Positions 59,401 through 64,000 of a stretch of 64,000 nt of DNA are shown here, in pieces. The notes below the pieces were generated by a model. That model saw only the letters and a program-made list of their open reading frames with translations, was not told the origin of the DNA and did not search any database. Numbering within the stretch: the first letter of the stretch is position 1; each line of letters begins with the position of its first letter. The translations under genes and the position numbers were made by a program. This stretch comes from Felis catus (taxonomy: Eukaryota): positions 236,780,001 to 236,844,000 of the forward strand of contig NC_058368.1 in NCBI RefSeq assembly GCF_018350175.1, in the 5' to 3' direction.

Positions 59401-61475
59401 TTTTGGGGGGGAGGGGGTGGATTTCTATACGGTTTCCCCCACTAAAAACAAAACAAACAAAAAATCGAGCATCTCCGTTTCCCACCACAGTTCAGTAGGA
59501 ATAGATCCATAACCACACAGATCCCTTTTTCTCGCACAAACACGAAGGGGGGTGGGGGAGGTTCCCAAATGGCACACATCTGTATTCAAAATTTCTGTAA
59601 AAACATTACAATTCTCCACGTAAAAATTATCCATTTGCTACGTTAGCAGAGAGGGTTTCCGGGCTGAGAAAGTTGCAAAGAGCAGAATATTGCTTTGACT
59701 AGTTAGTTTGGTGGCCGATGCCACAGAGCAAAGGTTTCCGTGGCCAGATTTCGTTTTTACCTAATCTTTGCAAAATGTACTCTGCACGTTTCTAATCATT
59801 TAGGTTCTAACTGCGAGGACGACATGCCGGCCTCTTCTCCGCTGGGAGTTCTTTTTGAAAGGATACCTTGTAAATCTCTCAGCGCTTCCCTGGCATCCCC
59901 AGCCGCCAGAACAAAATGGGAGCTGATCTTTTTGGAGAGCAAGCGATCTGAACGGCGGCTGGGGCCGCCTTCAGAGAAATAGCCTTTCTTTTCAAAACTA
60001 CAAGAAAAAAGTTACAGAAAAACACACCCGCCGCTTTTCTCGCGTACAGTCGGCCGGTATTTATTTCCTGCCTCTTCTTCGGGGAGCGGGGAGACGCGAG
60101 GGGGGTGCCTGAAAATTGCGTTATTCCGCCCGCAGCAGCGCAAGAGGGGGCGGCCTCCCTGACCTCCCCCCCCCTCGCCCGCGCCCCGCCGGGCGCGCAA
60201 TTCACCAGCAGCCCGAAGTTTAAGCGCGACCTTGCAGTCAGACCAAGGAAAATGGATCCTTTGCACCGACAGAATGGCGAATGCCCCGCGGAGAATTAAA
60301 TTTGCAGCTCCCTCCCCCATCTGACACCCACTGGGACGCGAGACTAAGAGGACAGCATTTATTTTAAGCCCAGGGACTCCTGTTTTCTTTAATCCTCCAT
60401 TATGTAACGCGGGAAGAAAAGTGCTTTTCATTCGGTGCAAAAGAAATGAAAACTTTGGCAACTCACGAAAGTCCAAGCAAACACCGTGGCACACGCCGAA
60501 ATTATTTCCACCATTCCCCCCCCCCCATCTCAAATTTGCACACCCTTCGCTAACAGACCCCATCCGGCCCCTCGGATCTCCCCCATTGTTAGGGCGATTT
60601 TGACCCAGTCGACCAGGCTTCACCAGGTCCCCCCTCCCCCCCCCCCCCCACCGCCCTGGCCACCTTGGACACAACCAAGGAGGTCCACCAGTCAGGGAGA
60701 AACCCGAGGCTCCCCGGCCCGGCCCCAAAGCCCGAGAGGTCGCGCGATCGGGGTCCGCCCGCCGCTCCCGGGCGTCCTGCGGACCCGGGGCCGAGCTGCC
60801 GGAAGCCCGCCCGCCGGCCCCGCCGCCTCGGCCGAGCCTTGTGGGGGGTAGGGGCGGGGGGGGGGAAGAGCGCCGGCGATTTTGGCCCCCAGCCTCCGGT
60901 TCGAGCCGCGCGCCCCGGAGCCTCCGCTCCTCCGGCCTCCCGGCTCCCCGCCGAGCCCCCCGCTCGCGGCCCAGGCCTCCCGCCTCCCCGGGCCGGCCCC
61001 CCACCCCCCCACCCCTCCCCAGCCGCCTCGGCCCCGCCGGCCGGGCCTCCCCTGCTCCCCGCCGGCTCCGCCCGCGCTCCTGCCCGCGCTCCCGCCGCGC
61101 CGCCAGGCCACCCGCGCCCGGGGCGCCCGGGGCCGGCGGGGAGGGGTGGGGGGTGGGGGGTGGGGGGAGGCGGCCGCGGCCAGGGCCGGGCGCACTCACC
61201 ATCTGCGAGAAGAGGCTGAGGTCGGCGGCGTAGGGCAGGAAGGCGCTGTAGTTGGGCGCGCCCGCGTACGGGCCGGCCGCCGCGTACATGCCCAGCACCG
61301 AGGTGACGGCGGCCGCGCCCGCGCCCGCGCCCAGCTCCGCCGCCCCCGGCCGGCCCGACGAGGCGGCGGCGGCGGCCGCGGCGGCCGCGGCCAGCACCCC
61401 CGGGCGCTCGCCGCCGTAGGCGCCGGGCCCCGCGGCGCTCAGGTACTGCGGGTAGCCCAGCTGCGGGAAGGACAT
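56417..61475 (-). CDS. IRX1: Iroquois homeobox 1, spliced CDS join(61475-61200, 58237-57205, 56824-56752, 56474-56417), 479 aa
   Basis: Begins [26 protein letters not shown], contains TALE homeodomain and IRO box, ends ...[13 protein letters not shown]. Exon lengths 276+1033+73+58=1440, frame kept across GT-AG junctions. Confidence 0.98.
56752..56824 (-). CDS. IRX1: IRX1 exon 3 (73 nt)
   Basis: CGCAG|AGAGAGAC...GACAA|GTGAGT; encodes [24 protein letters not shown](N). Not in the ORF track. Confidence 0.95.
57205..58237 (-). CDS. IRX1: IRX1 exon 2 (homeodomain ~58135-57947, acidic region, IRO box 57577-57542)
   Basis: Acceptor TTGCAG|GGC; encodes [60 protein letters not shown] and [12 protein letters not shown]; donor CAG|GTGAG. 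Confidence 0.98.
58298..58320 (+). repeat. (GA)11 microsatellite, reads (CT)n in IRX1 intron 1 pre-mRNA
   Basis: Direct reading. Confidence 0.95.
61200..61475 (-). CDS. IRX1: IRX1 coding exon 1 (M1-M92, with Ala10 tract)
   Basis: ATG at 61475; ends ...FSQM then donor GTGAGT at 61199; phase 0. Confidence 0.97.
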
Positions 61476-61485
61476 GTCCGCGGAT

Positions 61486-61503
61486 CGGCGGCGGCGGCGG
61501 CGG
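61486..61503 (+). repeat. (CGG)6 just upstream of the IRX1 ATG
   Basis: Direct reading. Confidence 0.9.
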
Positions 61504-64000
61504 GCGAGTATTAAAGGGGCGGGGGCGGGCGCGGGGGCGGGGGTCGGGGCGGGCGCCGGGGGGAGGGGGTGGGGGCTGGGGCGGGAGGGGGGGGCGGGGT
61601 GGCTGGGGAGCCGGCGGCCGGCCGGCCGGCCGGGCGCGCTCGGGCCGGCCCGGAGGCGGGGGGCCGGTGGGCTGCTCTCGGCCCGGTGCTCGCTGGCGCC
61701 CGGCTCCCGGCTGCGCCCGGCTCCGCGATCCCGCGCCGACTGCGGCGGCCGCCCTCCGCTCGGCGGCTGGGCTTTCAGACACAATTTGAAGTTGATGCTT
61801 TGATTGGCATCCCCTCGAGCGCTGGCCCCGCCCCCGGCTCCCCTCCCGCCCCCTCCCTGCCTCCCGCCCGCCCCAGCCGGGCCGCTCCCGCCCCTCCCGG
61901 CGAGCACGTGGTGTGCTCCGCGCCGTCCGGGCCACCTCCGCCCGCTGTGGGCGCGCGAGCGGCCCGGCGGCGGGTGCGGGCCCGGCGGCCGCGGGCTGCC
62001 CGACAACCTGTCGACACCGGCTCGCAGCTGTCGGACCCTGGGCTCTGCTGTTTTCCAAGCCGAGCTGTGACTGCTCTTTCAGGAAGACGTCTCGGCGCCT
62101 GATTCTCCGCCGTTGGGGCGGCGGGGCCGGGGCTGGGCGGGTGACAGCCGGTGGGGGGGGGGTGGAGGGGGACGGCCCTCTCCTCCCCACCCCCGCCCCC
62201 AAGGCCGGCGCTGCCTTGGCCTCCCCCGGACCCCTGGGCAGAAGTGCACCCCGGTGCCCGGGCTGCGCCACCGAGCCTGGCGTGGCGTGACACCGTGACG
62301 CGGGTGTGGCGTCCGCGTGGCCCCCGCCCGGCAGTGACCGGCCTCGCTGCACCTGGAGAAGCGGGAAGCGGCCGAGCTCTGCGGGCTTCTCCGTTCGTGA
62401 AAACTTTGAGAAAGGGCAGCTGAGAAGCCAGTTCAAGGGGACAAACAGATGCCATCCACAGTGACAGGTTCTTGAAGGTGGTGGCGGGCAGGGGGTGGGG
62501 AGACCTTTTCTTTGCAGGAGAATCACCGTTGCAGCGGGAGGGAAAAGTCTCGTCCCCATCCCCGCGAGGGGAGAAGCTAAGCTAAGAGTGGCCAGTGGCC
62601 GGGGGGGTGGGGGGGCGGCTCGTTCGTCCACTAGGTGCGCACAGGCGGGAAGCAAACTTGCGGGAAGAGCGCCGGCCCGAGGCGGCGGCGCCGAGAACCC
62701 GGGGACAGGCCGTCCCTCCTCCCCTGCCCGGCCTCTTCATCCTCGGCCCCTGGGGAAGAACAAGCAGCGAACCGCTGCGGGATGGCTCCAGGTCCGCGCG
62801 CGGCCCTCCTGGCCTCCCGGTGCACGGGACGGGTCCGCCAGCCCGCGTCTGCCACACGCTCGCCGGCTCCGTCCTGGCGTCCCGCGTAGGGAGTTGCCCA
62901 GGGTGCTCGCCTCCGTTCCCGGGACACTTTTCGTCCTGTCTCCTATGAAGCAGCCGGAGCCTGGTGCGCACTCCCCGCTGTGGCGCACGGACACACTGGA
63001 CCCCACAGCAATTTCACCCCAACACTTGGGGGTGAGCCTTGGTCTGGCCCAGTTCGGGAGCCCCGAGTGGAGTGCAGCTGGTGACCTGGGCCGCCGGCAC
63101 CCTGGACCCCGACCTGTCCCCCATCTCCTAGTTCCAGTTGCCAGCAGCATCATGGAGGCCCAGGGACTCTTGCAGAATCGGGAAGGCTCCCGCTGACCCA
63201 GTTTGGGACCTGAGGACAGACACGGGGAGCCTCCGCCTATAATTAACAACAATAACGCCCATAATAGTAATTACTAATTACCAGCTGCATAATCAGGCTT
63301 CAATTTCTCTGCTCAGTCAGGGTTTTCTTTCTGTTCGTGCTGTCCCTTTGCCCCCCACCCCGCCTTTACCCCCCACCCCACTCAGCTAACCAGCCCTTGC
63401 TGGCTACAGAAACTCCCTGCAACTGCCTGGGCACCTCTCCTGCTTTGGCACAGAATCCCGGGCCCTGGAGGTGAGCGCTAACCACTCCCAATCCCGGAAG
63501 TCACTAACTGGCAGCTTCTTCCCGCCCCCAGCCCACCACTTCCGCCTGCCAGACATCTCTCCCCTGCATCCCAAACAAACGGATGGGCCAGCCCCACTAC
63601 TGTCTTGTTTGGCAAACTCCAGTGTCACATTTCAGGCCGACAGGTAAATACAGGTGAGATAAGCCCTCTTCTGTGACCTGGAGAGCAGGTGGAATTGTAA
63701 GCCCAGAGACACTTGTGAGTGTCAGGATTCAGCCACACAGACTGATAGCCTCCTTATCACTCCCCCCCACCCCAAGCAGCCCACTTCAGTTGTACTGAAG
63801 CCATCAGAACCTGGGGGGGGGGGGGGCGGCAGACTTTGTCCTGACCCCTGTCGCCTGCTGTGCCCTCCCTGTATCACCTCCATTTGGGTTATGAAATGAT
63901 AGTTGGTTCTGGAAGACATCAGGGAGGCCTGTTGACTTCCCCCAGGAAGCTCTAGAAAGGTGCCCTAGTGGTGACTGTGACCATTCCCCAGGCAGGGCCA

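Larger units (their letters stand above)
59900..63000. promoter_or_regulatory. IRX1 promoter/exon 1 CpG island
   Basis: Very high GC and CpG; GC boxes 61516-61553, CCAAT (minus) 61807-61803, CACGTG 61905-61910. Confidence 0.9.

Noticed and set aside
61509..61515. TATA-like TTTAATA before the ATG
   Set aside because: Non-consensus and only ~35 nt from the ATG; cannot be called without TSS data.
10743..62640. CTCF-like words near 10744, 18570, 54559 and 62627
   Set aside because: Each has core mismatches; needs a PWM scan or ChIP.
60012..62655. Long minus ORFs of 664 and 688 aa
   Set aside because: Stop-poor CpG island; only the 92 codons of exon 1 are IRX1, the rest is Pro/Gly/Arg-rich with non-ATG starts.
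1..64000. CRISPR array, operon or viral genes
   Set aside because: Mammalian DNA; no regular repeat-spacer array and no gag/pol/env-like ORF seen.

Overview
Mammalian genomic DNA, most likely cat (Felidae), judged from carnivore tRNA-derived SINEs (Can-SINE/SINEC_Fc) and a feline-type L1 3' end. The only supportable protein-coding gene is IRX1 (Iroquois TALE homeobox) on the minus strand: four coding exons (61475-61200, 58237-57205, 56824-56752, 56474-56417), 1440 nt = 479 aa + stop, all introns GT-AG, AATAAA at 56040-56035. CpG islands cover the promoter, the gene body and a block past the 3' end. The other ~55 kb is a GC-rich gene desert with SINEs, L1, L2, MIR, MaLR LTRs, a probable hAT fossil and several AT-rich, homeodomain-motif-dense blocks that look like enhancers. 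I found no new multi-gene system. The best leads are regulatory or mechanistic: a distant-branch-point layout at IRX1 exon 2, paired Pumilio/CFIm motifs in the 3'UTR, a 7-unit heat-shock element and several perfect HSEs, palindromic homeodomain clusters, and unusual retrotransposition scars. Repeat family names come from remembered consensus sequences, and boundaries of old repeats are approximate.
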